Positions 36,800 to 55,200 of a stretch of DNA of 64,000 nucleotides are shown one piece after another. Origin of the DNA: Azolla caroliniana (Eukaryota; Plantae; Polypodiophyta); assembly GCA_043228905.1 (NCBI GenBank), contig JBHGNT010000008.1, positions 3,038,001-3,102,000 of the forward strand, read 5' to 3'. Every line of letters begins with the position of its first letter. The stretch's first letter is position 1. A program made the position numbers and the translations under genes. The notes under the pieces are model-generated. The model was not told where the DNA came from, made no database searches, and worked only from the letters and a program-made list of their open reading frames with translations.

Positions 36800-38798
36800 A
36801 TGAAGAAAGCTGTTTCCCATGTGAACAAACTCTTATCAAGAACAACCATCTCTTCACAACAGGTGATCCTCAACCCATCTGTTTTGTACACTCGTGGATA
36901 TGCTGATGTGGATGCATCCTCACTGAAGAAAACTGCCCTCTATGACTACCATGTGGAGAATGGTGGGAAAATGGTTCCTTTTGCTGGATGGAGTATGCCC
37001 ATCCAATACAAAGACTCTATCATGGATTCTACCCTTAATTGTAGATCCAATGGAAGTCTCTTTGATGTGTCTCATATGTGTGGCTTGAGCTTGAAAGGGA
37101 AAGATGCTATTCCTTTTTTTGAAAAACTTGTGGTTGGTGATATCACTGCCCTTGCCCCTGGCACAGGATCTCTCTCCTGTTTTACCAATGAGAAAGGTGG
37201 TATCATTGATGACACCGTTATTACCAAAGTTAAAGATGATCATATCTACATTGTTGTGAATGCGGGTTGCCGAGAGAAAGATCTCGCTCATATTGAGTCT
37301 CATCTCAAACTTTTCCAAGCTAAGGGTGGAGATGTGAAGTGGCACATCCATGATGAACGATCTCTCCTTGCATTACAAGTAAGGGATTTACTTCTTTTCT
37401 GCTTTCTGCTTTCTTGTGTTAAAGATTTATAGTCCACCCTTCATTTTTTTGTTGTATTTTTTAATGTTGAAAATTCTCTACTTGAAATGCTGGCCACATT
37501 TCTTCGCAAATATCTTAACTTGTGCTCGGTGATCTTCTTAGCTTTTTATTGAATGCCCTAGCTTTTTATTTAAGGATCTCGTATGTTGGCAGCAATGACG
37601 ACGATCTCTTCTTGGATTCATTGAAAATCTTATCTTCTTACTTGCGAATATTATTTAACGATACAATACCTCTTCTTGGATTGATCTAAAGTCTTAGCTT
37701 CTACTTATTCTTGGGGCTATTTGCATTTGTAGGGTCCCCTTGCCGCACCAGTTCTTCAGCATCTCGTAAAGGAAGATCTGAGCAAAGTTTATTTCAGTGA
37801 CTTCAGAATCCTTGACATAAATGGCACTCAATGCTTCCTCACAAGAACTGGGTATGACTTTCTCTACCTCTCTCTCTCTCTCTCTCTCTTGTATTTGGCC
37901 TCCAGTGGATGTTAATAATTTATCCATCTATTTATCTTGTTCAAAATATTTGATCAGCCCCACAGAAATGAGTTGAAAATGTTTCTTTTGTTTCCATCGG
38001 TCATATTTGGCCTCTGAGGAATGTTTTAAAATCAAGGGAAGACTCCAAACCATCCCTAAATTTACCTATCCCTCTACTGTAGAAAATTTACTACTACCAA
38101 GCTTTCAATTTACTTAGGGCATTCTGGTAAATATCCAACAGGTGAGGGATATTTTTGGTATTTTTCTATAATGTCAACTTAGGGTTTTCTATGAGTGAGG
38201 TTTATGGGGGTCGCATACGCACTTCATGTTGTACTCTTCATTGCTAACAGCACTGGAAAAGTGTCCTTATATATTGATATGTTTTGCAAAGATTGGAAAT
38301 TTAGATATAGCTAATTGTCAGAGATATGTAACGTCTTGTACTCTTTGTGAGTAACCTGGAAGTATAGGAAACATGCCTTGAGAAATGTGGACAGTCTGAA
38401 CTCACACAGAATACAACGTGAAATTCCTCTTTGAAAGGTCTAATTATAAATAAACGGTGAACAAAGCTGATGTTTGTATAACACTATTCTAATACATTTA
38501 AGTGTCAGATTACATGTATTCATATACACCTTTTAGTGTCTCCCTCTCTTATTCATTGGCATCTTGCTCATTCAAGTGCTATCCTCACATGTAAGCATTA
38601 AAATGAATAATAGCTAGCTATGTGTGGAAAGAATTAAACAATGGGCTTCTGGTTGGACATTTAAGTGGACTGAATCAAATACATAGAGTGAAAAGCAATT
38701 TGTAATTAGTGAGGTCTAATACATAGGAGGGTTTATATTTGTGTATCTTACACTTCCTCTTTCTTCCATGACTTTTTCTTGACATCCAAAATGTAATT

Positions 38799-38833
<35 letters not shown>

Positions 38834-39386
38834 GTTTAGGTACACTGGAGAAGATGGCTTTGAGATCTCAGTCCCATCAGAGACCGCACTTGATTTGACA
38901 AAGGCGATAATGGAGAAAGGAGAGGGGAAGGTAAGGCTAACAGGGCTCGGAGCCAGAGACAGTCTAAGGCTTGAGGCAGGGCTTTGTCTCTATGGAAACG
39001 ACATTGAGCAACACATCACACCGATCGAGGCTGGATTGGCTTGGACTATTAGCAAAAGGAGGCGTGCTGAAGGAGGATTCATTGGTGCTGATATAATCTT
39101 AAAACAACTTATAGATGGCCCTACTAAGCGTCGGGTTGGGCTCATAGCGACTGGTGCCCCCCCTCGTGGTCACAGTGAGATCCTTGATCTTTCCGATAAA
39201 GTTATTGGTGAGGTTACTAGTGGTGGGTTTAGCCCATGTCTTAAGAAGAATATAGCCATGGGTTATGTTGCTTCTGGTAACCACAAGAATGGGACCAAAC
39301 TCAAGGTCTCTGTGCGAGGTAAGTTGAGTGATGCCATTATCACCAAGATGCCTTTTGTTCCGAGCAAATACTACAAGCCTGAATAA
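36800..39386 (+). CDS. GDCST: Glycine cleavage system T protein (aminomethyltransferase), mitochondrial; exons 36800-37378, 37733-37851, 38840-39386
   Basis: [10 protein letters not shown]...[28 protein letters not shown], spliced ALQ|GPLAAPVLQ...TRTG|[40 protein letters not shown]; basic transit peptide; in-frame GT-AG junctions. Confidence 0.97.
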
Positions 39387-41019
39387 ATCCTTGGCATATC
39401 TTCAAATGGTTGTTTTGTTTCTTTCTGTTAATGTTCATTTGTAATCTCCTATAAGTTGGGGAGAGCTCATCTTGTTTCTCTCCTTTCTTGAGCTGTAATG
39501 AATGATAAAGAGCTCTGAAACAATGCCTTGTGCTTTTGAAATATGACAAATTTCAAAATTTTCCACCATGAGTTAACTTGGGAACAGCATAATGGCATGA
39601 CATTCTATGACAAATTGACAGAAATCTTTGGCGTCTTGCAGTAAATCATATACGCTTGAAATAAGACAATCTTGTAGATCCTTTTGGAATTAACCAGCAA
39701 TAAGGACACCATTGGCTTGAACTTAAATTTATGCTACTTCTGGAATTTATTCAACCAGGAATTTATGCTCAATAGATCCAAGTTTAATAACAGTTCGGAT
39801 TAAGGCACATGAGAACTACATCATTACTAAGAACAACATTATGAAATGCGAATTAGGCAAATACAATTTATCAGTATTTAGATGCATAATCACAATGATG
39901 TGTGCCACAATAAAGAAAGCATTGATTAAGATAGAGATATTGAGAACCAATGTCTCAAAATAGACATAACATTGCACTTGAATGCTTATCTTGCAGTTTA
40001 GGAAACGTTGGTAATAACTTTGGTTTTTGTGCACAACAATATTTTATTTCCCACAACCTTGAGAGATACCAGCTTCTGTAACCAGATGAGACTGTTTTGA
40101 ACTCAATTCGACACAATATAACATTATATGGCTTTATCATCCAGAACAATGTGATTGGCAAATGAAGCTCAATGTATCATATGGTTTCATTACCAGCAAA
40201 GGTATTTTTGGGATTTTACTTTATGGACTTTCTGAAAAACTGTTACAATTTTTAAGCTCTTGAATTATTTCTTTTGAATTGTAATTCTGACTTTCAGTGA
40301 AACAAACTGAAGTTTTCCCTAAGTCCTTTACATTCTTCCTATTCAATGTTCTAACAAAGATGCTTAGGTCAGATATTTTCAAAGGAAATTGTGATTATTT
40401 GACCATGAGCTATATTTCCAGTTAAATCAATTCCATTTAAAAGGAAATCAAGATTACGTGATCATGAGCTACATTCCTGGTTGAATAAATTCCAGAGAGG
40501 TAGTGAGTAAGATGTTAAGAAATGGATGCTTCAGATTTTGTTTTAAACATGAATATTTTAAATAAGCTAAATGATAGTTTACATTGGATGTTTCCATCAA
40601 TCAGGAATGCACCATCAATAATAAAAAAATAAGATGATAAAGTAATACTGTGTGAGTGTTGAATTTTGATAGGTTACATTGGCGTTTCCATCAAAGAGGA
40701 ATCTCATCAATAATAAAGAACTGGATGTAGTAACTCTATGTGAGTGTTGAGCATATACAAAAGTCGAGGACGATACATCGGTGGTGATATCTCCAGAATG
40801 TAAGTGCCAATAAGATAATACTCAATGGACTGAGGAGGCAGCATACAGACACTACAAATTTGAGAGCACCATTAGATATTCCTTGGGTCTTTGTACAATG
40901 AATGCACTTATGCAGAGTAATTGAGAAAACCTGTTAATATAACTATTGCCATCCGGTAGCTGGAGAACTCATGAATACCGTAAATATGCCACAAAACCTT
41001 CTACAATATATATACATCC

Positions 41020-45364
<4,345 letters not shown>

Positions 45365-46276
45365 TTTGCTTTCATTAGCTGAACAATACGTACTAATAAG
45401 CACACACCCAGCTTATAAGAGCTCAAAAAGAGAGAGAAGTTTTGCAGAATTAGGGTTTTCAACCTAATTCTGCAGTCAAATATCTGATCCGCTTATATTC
45501 CAATCTTATTTATAGAGAAGATAGTTTTTATTTACTTACAGATGGAGGCCAAATCCTCGTTTTTCAAGGACTGATACTCTGTCCAAGCTAGCTTCTGCAA
45601 ATCCTCACATGTATTATCATAACTTCTATAAGGCAGTTTAATTGCTACAACACATAACCTCCGGATGGCCCCAAAGTGCACTCAAACCCTAAGTTCTAGA
45701 AATCCCTAAAATTTGTATTCAAAACCCTAACTTCTGCTGAAATTTCAAACAGAATCCTAAATATCCTAATTGCAGAGCATTCGGATCCCCATGACAGAGA
45801 ATTTCCTACTCACAAGAAAGAAAGAAGAAGAAGAAGAGGGCTGGTTTCTGGAAAGGATCCACTCTCTGCAACCTTTCCAGCTGTGAAGCTGCAGAAAAGG
45901 TTCACGAAGCCTTGGTCCATTAGGCATGCATTAATGGCTATGGGGGTAAGCAGAGCAGGGAGGAAGAGATGGGAGGAGAAAACCCAAATTCTGAGGAAAG
46001 GGAAGAAGACCAGATATATAAATAAAATAAATAGATAAATAAATAAATAAATAAATAAATATATGCAGATTTATATATAGATTAGATAAAGAGGATATGA
46101 CTATGTCTTCCATGCAATAGAGAGTTTCTCTGCAGTCAAGAAGAAAGACTGGCCCTCCATTCTCAATTACTGGGTAGTTGCTATGAAACTCAGGACAGGA
46201 CAGGACAGGGCAGAACAGAACAGAACAGAGCAGAACAGGGCATTTTTTTTTTTGTTCTGCCTGTTGGACCCCGGTT

Positions 46277-46445
46277 CGATCCCCATGTCCGGCCACCGGC
46301 AGGCATTTCGATTGCCAATGGCCGGACATTACGGATCGGATCGGTGGCCGGCCGGACATTAGGAATCGGATCGGTGATCCCCATGTCCGGCGCCCGGCAT
46401 TTCAATTGCCAATGGCCGGACATTAGGAATCGGATCGGTGCCAAT
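46277..46445. repeat. GC-rich nested tandem repeats upstream of the U-box gene
   Basis: GATCCCCATGTCCGGC...ATTGCCAATGGCCGGACATT twice and GGCCGGACATTA.G.ATCGGATCGGTG three times. Confidence 0.85.
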
Positions 46446-48419
46446 TTGATTGAATCCAAACCGCCTCCTCGGATCATCATATACCTGAGGAGGATCCTTC
46501 GAGCCCGATGGATTGATGCTCGTTCGTCCATGTTACACTTCACCGTTCCTCCCACGTCCGAAACATGGTGTCGGAATATAACGTGTTTCGCTCGATTTGT
46601 TGGGGGTTCTTCTCCTCGGTCCAACGAATCCCTATCGAGATCTTTCAAAGTACGAATTTCGTACCGGGTTTAGGGTGTGTCTAATTGACACATACGCATA
46701 CGAATCGATGACGCATACTTGTGTTCGTATTAACTCGGAAATACAACCCTAATTAATGTGGACAACGTCAACGTGCCTTGTACCAAACATACACCCATGG
46801 ACGCATACATCACAATGGACCACTCATTTCAAGTACAGCAGCATTAAAGATGTCCGTCACATTTCCCTATCTAAGTTGGGAAAAAGTCATATGTAGGTTC
46901 CGGGGCTCAACGAATTTCTCTTTGCACATTCATGCATATTACTGTTTCATTTGAAGAAGCAAAACTCATTATGTCCACACCTAAAACAAGGTAGTATGAA
47001 CTTCTTTGAGATGTTTAATGCATAGCATTTTTAAGAATGCACTACAAAACATCGTATGTTTCACAAACTCATACGTTCTTTTGATAATGTAAAACAATTA
47101 TTGTTGTAATAATATCCGGAGCCAACCAGAGGAATATTGTATGTTAGGAACTTTATAAGGAAAGGTCTTTCCTTTTTAACAAATATTTATGCATGTCCTA
47201 ACATTCTACTTCTAACTAAACATAGAAGAAACATATCTTTAATGTTCTTGCTTCCTTATTCTACATCAAAATGTGCATTGTTGGTGTTCTTGTTGGGTTC
47301 TTAATCCGAAGAATGGATAACAATTATTACTTAATTGAAAAAATTAATAGAACTAACACCATGGCAACAAGATTCAAGAATCATCAATATTGCAGTATTT
47401 CTTGGAGTACAACGAGATGTTCTCTCCATCATGAAGAGAGATATACAACTAAATATCAATGTGAGGAAACAGCTAAAATACAAGTTAATAGAGAATAGTA
47501 TCCATTAATCATCACGAGGTTGAAGGCATAACATACACAATTAGTTGGAGATGCTCAATGATTACACAATGGAATTTCCGTACAAGTAATGTAGTAAGTA
47601 CACACTACTTACTAAAGTAGTTTGACGAAGTGTATATAATTATTGTATAACGTAATTATTCTTGGCACATAGAGGTCATAAAGGTAGTCTAATCAAATAG
47701 TCAAATGCAAAGAGAATAAAATAGTTTTTTTATCATCCACAAGGATGCCAAATTTGACCTATGGGACTCCTTCATAAGAAGAGAGGTTATTGTGTTATAG
47801 TACAAATCTGTCTATGTGAAAATAATGTATTGTGAGCATTGAGGATTGAAGTATGACACTTATCATGTGTGTCTAAAAAGTCATCATACTTCTCATTAAA
47901 TACCTAATATGCTCAACTTGCCAGAAAGAAGAGATATGTATCCTCTACTAGGTTTGCATATCTTAATAAATGTGTCATGATGACATACATTATCTAAACA
48001 CCTAACTCACGTCAGTGACTTAAAGAATTGTTAGAGCTCTTGGAGAGCGAGAGGCAAGGCTCATGGGGGTAGTACAATATAGTTGGATATATTGAGGTTA
48101 AGAACACCTCCGAGCTACTAACTCACTTAGCTTTAAGGATTAATGCTTAATATGTCTCTCTCTCTCTTGCCTTACTCTCTCTCACACAATGATAAAAAAG
48201 GTGAAGACAAAGGAAGGAATTTATTATTAACCACTCACACTCTCTCTCACACAATGATAAAAAAAGTTGAAGACAAAGGAGGTAATTTATTATTAACCAC
48301 TCTTCTTGATACAAAGAGGTTTAGCACCATATAAGAGATAGAGATTAGGACTTGACTGACTTAGCTCTTAATCCTAACCTCTCTTAAATCCAAAAGAGGT
48401 TTAAGGAGATAAACAAGGA

Positions 48420-49110
48420 GTTCTAATGCACTATATAGGCCAAGCACTTGTTTATGATAACATGATATGATAGGGTGTTGAGGATTTAACTCCCAATTGT
48501 TTATGCAAGAACAAAACTTGAATTTTCTCAATTTCATTCCATTCACTAAGTGAGATATTGCCACCACCATACTTCCACACCATACAACAACACCTTGATT
48601 GCCCCAATATTGAATAACATCAATCTCACTTCCCATCCTCTAGTATCACTTTGGTTGCATTGATTGTCATGCATATCATGACTATTCCAACTTCCTTGAA
48701 GTGTAGATTCATATCATAAATTCCACTAATTTGTTAATTAGATATTAATACCAAGATATTTGAAGTTGTGCACCACGAGCAATGGTTCTCCCTTGTATAT
48801 GAAGTACCATAGTGTCTTGGTTGTATAGTCTTTATTGCCATCATTTTTGTCTTGTCCATATTAACTCTTAGCCTCTTGATTTGATAGAATGTTTGCGATA
48901 AAGCAAGTAATTTTGCACATCATCCAAAGAATATGAAAATAACACGCCATCATCAACATATAACGGTAAAAAACTAGCTTTTGCATGAGTTTTGGGTCAT
49001 TTACTCCTTTGCACGTTTGTTTGTTATTTCTTCTAGTTTATCGATGCACAAACCATATAGGTGTGGGAGAGAGTGGGCATCCTTGCTTGACCCCCATGTT
49101 GCTTAAGAAG
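48420..49110 (-). mobile_element. Decayed non-LTR (RTE-like) reverse transcriptase fragment
   Basis: Minus strand reads SNMGVKQGCPLSPT, LYVDD, VLLYGVEVW and EWNEIEKIQVLFLHKQLGVKSSTPY; the 5' end abuts a (GA)n tract at 49117-49167. Confidence 0.7.
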
Positions 49111-49113
49111 TAC

Positions 49114-49172
<59 letters not shown>

Positions 49173-52100
49173 ATTATCATCTTTAGAAGTGAAACATCAT
49201 CTATGAGACAAAAATGTAACGTGTTCACATAATTCATGCGAAAATAAGTAGTAACTCTAAATGTTCAAGAAATTTACTAATGATTATCACAATTGAGAGT
49301 GCACCATTTGTCAATGAGAAAAGTCAGTGCAAGATTTGTTGGGTCAAAGATGTGTGGAAAGCATAGACAAATGTCATCAAATGCAAAGCATTATATCAAA
49401 TTGTGATACTCAATCTCCCACACTTGTTTGATGCAAAATTTTCATAATTGACTAGTCTGACCAATTGTTCCCCAACATTTTGTCTCACATCTAAGCTTTT
49501 GAACGTTTGTACTTGTTCCTATGTGATCGTGACAAATTGGTTTGAAAGAGTCAAAATTGAAACTTAAATCAAGCCATGAAACCATTTAAACCAAAACCAT
49601 TCAAATTGAATTGTTACCAAAAATCCAAACTCAAACCAAACGGTTTTATAGATTTTCAAGCCATTAAACCATTAAAACATTGATTTTGTGGTTCGGTTTC
49701 GGTTTCAAGTTAGGTCAATTTTAAAATTATAAAAATTTTAATATTTCAGAATTTAAAGATTTTTCCTAAAATGTTAGAATTAGGAAGGCTGTTCAAAAAA
49801 ATATTCAAGAAAACATTTAAGAAAATGATTAACTGGCAACCCTAAATCGTTTAAACCAAACCAAAACATTGACCCCCCAAACTAAACCAAACTAAAACCG
49901 AAACAACCTACCTACCTACACAAGATAAGAAGGAAAGCAACCATTGGGAGACAATTTCGTTCTGTTGCTCTGCAACAACTTTTCCAATAGGTTTGCTTTC
50001 TTTCCAAATTGTTTTTTTTCCGTCACAGCTTAGGCAAAGAAGTAGAAGTAGAAGTAGAAGACTTGGTGGTGATGGTGGTTGGGGAGAAGGGAGGTGAAGG
50101 AAGTGGAAGGGAAAAGGGAATGATTAGGAAATAGGGAAACTTACATATACATGACAAGAATATATTTTATGTCTACACCATCGTCGTCAACGTCCAAGGA
50201 GCGATCCAATGAATCGGATCCTACTTCTCCTATGATTGATGGTACTATCGATGTTAAGTTGGCACCGGAGGATGAACTTGTTGTCCTCAATGAAGTCAAA
50301 CGCTTGGAGCAGTGCTCGCTTGTTGCCCAAGTTTTGGGAAAATGACTGAATAGAGGGGATCTCCGTCATCTTCTTCAGGTAGCGTTACAAGAAAAACTCA
50401 ATAAGATTATTGATATACATCTAATGGGCTGATGTTGTTATCAATTGGAGTTTGCAGATCATTCTTCTATTCACAATCTCCTTTCCATTCACTCGGTAGA
50501 CATCTCATGTGCATGGGTTCTTTTTTTCCCATGGACCCACAGTTTTGATACGACAGTTCTACAGACGAATGCAATGGAATACTTTATGTGTACTGTTGTT
50601 TTTCTAGGCCTAGATAAGGAGTGGAGGGAGGTTCTTCACAAACTTGGGGCAACAATTTGAAGAGTTCTTCATGTTAACTCATCTACGTTTAGGGACATTG
50701 TCGAAAGAGGAGGAGCTCTGTTTGTCAAGTTACTCTGTAAAAAGGATGTAATTTTACCTAATTGGATTCGTCTTCCAAAGTTGCAAGGTAATATGTTTCA
50801 GAAAATTTAGAAAGTGCTTTATTTCGGTTTGCACAACCTGTGTTTTTCTTGTAAAAAAATTGGCTATTTGGCAAAAGACCGTTTGGCTGCCCATGTCAAG
50901 CCTATTGCTGCTATGAATAATCAAAGTAATAGTGTTGTCACTACTTTGTTGCCTCATGAAATTCAGCAAGAAAAGGCTTTTGATACATCTTTAGGTAAAG
51001 TGGGGAAGCGGAAAAGTTTTGATATGCTTCGCTTCAATCTCCCTCAATTTGCACTACCGGAATGTAGTATGGACACTTTGAGGCAAGATATAGGAATGTC
51101 AATTTCTACTCCATCTACGGAGATTATTCTAGTCATTCCCCCTCCCTTTGCATTGCCTGAATGTAGTATGGACACTTTGCGAAAACCTGTAGATATGCCG
51201 GTTTCCACTTCCCCTTTGGAAATTGTTCCAGTCATTGACCCAATGCCAGAACAAGTTCTGACGAAAGTTAAAATGTCAGTTCAGAAAATTATAACCTTTT
51301 TGAACATAACGATCCAAAGGTAGATACTCGATCATATTCGGTTGTTTTGCAAACAGGGGTTGGGCAGTCGCCTTATGTTATACATCTGCGAAGGATACTA
51401 TAGAAGCACTTGGGAATAACAAAAATTGAGTATATAAAGACCATTGTGTAAATTTATTCAAGGATTCCTGTGTGGAAGAAAGACTAACAAGAGCAATAAC
51501 ATCTTCTCAAAAGGAGAGACAAGGAGTTTTGACTGATAAGAGGTCTTCTCCATCTAAATCTTGATATAGATTATTTTAACATTTTATCTTGGAACCTTCA
51601 AGGATTACGTGCGAGTTGTTGTAATAGAGTAAAATGTTACTTGAATCAAGAACTAACTCTATCTTCTATAGGTAGACTTGATATGCTATGTTTTCAAGAA
51701 TACCATCTTAATTCGCGAAGGGTAGTGTCGATTAGAAATTTACTACATGGTAGTTGGATTTATGAATGGGTTCCGGCTTTTGGACCCTCTAGTACTCAAG
51801 GTGGTATTTGTATTGCACTTAGAATGCAATGGCAGTCTCATGTGCAAGCTAATGGAGTCTTGCATGGTGGTAAAGTTCAATATATGCTTATTCTTATTTC
51901 TGGAAAATTGATTGGTTTTTTGAATGTATATATGCTCCGAATTCTGCTACTGGAATATGTTATTACAAGATCTTCCTGTGGCACAACGTTGGTGTATGTG
52001 TTGTGATTGGAACATGATTGAAAGCCCTACTGATAGTTTAGGTGGATATTCTATTACTATCTCAGGTTTGGAATTGCGTGAGTGGGAGAAACTAATTTTC

Positions 52101-52287
52101 AAATATGAAGTTACTAATTTGTGGCATATTCCTACTTTCTCTTGCATGCATGATTCCTTGTTATTCACGTTCCAATTGAAGAAGTACCGCTCTCAATTTG
52201 TCTAGAATAAATAGTTTTTATGTAAATTCTTTTTTGGGGACTGTGGAGGATGTGGGTATTATATCGGGCACTTCGTTCTCTGATCAT

Positions 52288-55200
52288 CCGTCTGACGGAA
52301 AAGCTCGATCGGAGCAACTATGCGTTCTGGTCATATAAAATGCACCAGTACTTGCTGGGGCACGGATATTGGAGCTACATGGAAGGATCGAATGTAGTAG
52401 CGCCGGATTCGGCACACTAGGACTTCCTAGTATGGGAACAAGGAGCGAGTAGAATGATGTACTGCCTCACGGCCTGTGTGCACAACCAGATGCTCGACCA
52501 CATTAGATGCAAAAGGTTGAAAGAGGCATGGGAAAATATCCAGAAGATTTTCGTCACAAGTACCACAGGTCGGAAGTTGCAGCTTTGGCAAAACCTCAAC
52601 AGTATCTAGCAATGGGACATGTAGGTCACTGTCTACACCACGAAGATCACGGAGATTTGCGACGCGCTCGATTCTATCAACGTGACGGTGGACGAGGAAG
52701 AGATGGTCTAGATCTGCCTCGGTGGTCTAACACATCGGTAGGGGCCGATCCGGACAACAATTTGCACCCAGGAGAAGCCACCGTCTTTCTTTGATCTGCA
52801 ATCGATGCTCATTGTCGAAGAAAACCACGCGAGTGGGTCAAGGACCAGTAAATCGGACAACCGGATGTTGTACATGGAGGTGGATCGGCCCCGTGGGTGT
52901 GGAGGACGTGGTGTGTTAGCACGCAATAGCAGCGACCGGCAAGATTAGAACTAGAGGCACGGAGATAATCCCGACAACAATTCCGGACCCTCCACAAGCA
53001 AGGGGAGTTGAGGCAGTGTCGGAAACCGGTAATCGAAGGCCGACTTAGAATGCTGGTATTGTGGCCGGAAGGGCCACAGTGAGAGTGAGTGTTGGAAGAA
53101 GTGTGCCGATTCGGATAAATCCGAATCCGGCAAGGCCAGAAAAGGAAACCAGCAAAGTTCACACTACGCCGAAGGACCGGAGAAGAGCCAGCCTTTGTGA
53201 TGAAACACAAGGCTAACCCAATGAAGAAGACCACTTCCGAATCGGAGTAAGTGTGGTACATTGACTCTAGAGCATCAAACCACATGAGAAGCCATGAAGG
53301 GTGGTTTTCGTTTCTGGAAAACCTGGAGCAACCGAGAGTTGTCGAAACCGGAGATGACACTCACCCGATTCTGCATGTCAGAGAAGTCCCTTTAAGCCAT
53401 GTCGGACAAAAGGGAAAGTTGATGAACGTACTACATGTTCCGAAAATCACAAAGAACCTGAAGGCAGTTGGGCAAATCGTCGAGCAGGGGATGCATGTGT
53501 GGTTTACGTACCTCGGCTGCTTCATTGAAGAAGAGGTTGGATCATCGCGCATGGGCGTCAGGACGGGAGGATGTTTATCTTCGTCACCAATGACGTTGGC
53601 ACCGCTTTGTTTGCAAAGGGTCAGAAGATCGAGTCGAACATCAATCTGTGGCACAAGTGGATTGGCCACGTCAATTACCAAAGGCTTCAAGACTTGCAAT
53701 CGAAACAGGTTGTTTTCGGATTGCCGAAATTCAGTGGTCGGAAGGCCCAAATATGTGAAGCCTACCAACTCAGGAAGCAACATCGGCTTCCATACCCCAC
53801 CGAAAGAAACCAGAGCCGTAACAAGCTCGATCTAATACATTCGGATGTATGGGGACTGACACAAAACGTTAGTCTTGGTGGAAGCTAATACTTCATCTCC
53901 TTCATCAACGACTACAATTGGCACACCTGGATCTACCTAATCGAAAGGAAAAGAGAAGTTTTCGACTATTTCCGGAACTTGCAAAGTCTTGTAGAATGGG
54001 AAATGGAGAGGAAGATCAAGTGTCCGCGGTCAGATGACAGAAAAGAATATTTTTCCGGCCAATTCAACAGTTATCAACAACACAAAGGAATTCGAAGAGA
54101 ATTCAGTTGCCGATACGCACCTGAACAAAATGGTGTGTCCGAAAGGAAGAACTGGTCAATTGTGGAGGCAGCACGAGCAATGTTGGAAGAGAAGAGCATG
54201 CCCAAGTTCTACTGGGCCGAAGCGGTCTAGACAGTTGTCTCCATCCAAAACCGAAATACAACTCGTGTCACCACACGAGTTGTATTTCGGTCGAAAGCCG
54301 AATTTAAGGCACCTTAAGATATTCGGTAGCATGGCATATGTGCATGTGCCAGATGAGAAGCGGAGAAAGCTGGACCCGAAGTTGGAGAAGTGCATCCTTG
54401 TCAGTGACTCACATGAGCAAAAGGGTTGTAGGTGCTATAATCCCCGAACAAAACAAGTTCGAGTGAGCCGAGATGTCGAATTTGATGAGTTGGCATCATG
54501 ATACTCTCTACCAACTCCGATCCGATTCCGGAGGATGAGGCCAGTGAGCCCGAAACGATCCGGGCAAAAGATGAAGAAGGATTCGGTACTCTAGATGAGA
54601 GTCTGATCTAATTTCGGCTAAGAGGGCTGAATAAGCGACTGAGTCGGAATGACCAGTCAGATGAAGAGTCGGCGAGTAGTGGAGATTCAAGCATGCTTTA
54701 CCCGTGCAAGGAACCAAGGAGACAGTTCACGCGCAAAGAAAAGGGGAAGAATAAGATGCCGGAAATATGACATCGACAGAGACAAGTCCAATCGCAGCGA
54801 ATCCAATTCTAGACAGATCAAAGACAGATCGTCGGAAGAGAAGTCCGAGTCGGCCAAGAAGGCCACGAAATCGGCAGAGCAGAAATTGCGCCAATCATGC
54901 TGCCAGAAGAACCTCGTCAAACGGTATGGGTATAACGAGTACATGGTGCATCACACTGCGTACATGATGAAGGTGGCGGAAGTGTGTGAGCCGGAGAGCT
55001 ATGCAGAAACGGGAAAAGATACACAATGGTGTGCCGCTATGGAGGACGAAAATGTGGGCACTTGATGCCAACGACACATGGCACGTGGTTGACCCTCCCC
55101 GACATTCCAAACCGATCGGTTGCAAGTGGGTGTACAAGGTCAAGTATAATGCTCAAAGTTCGGTCAACCGGTATAAGGCCCGGTTAGTGGCCAAAGGATA

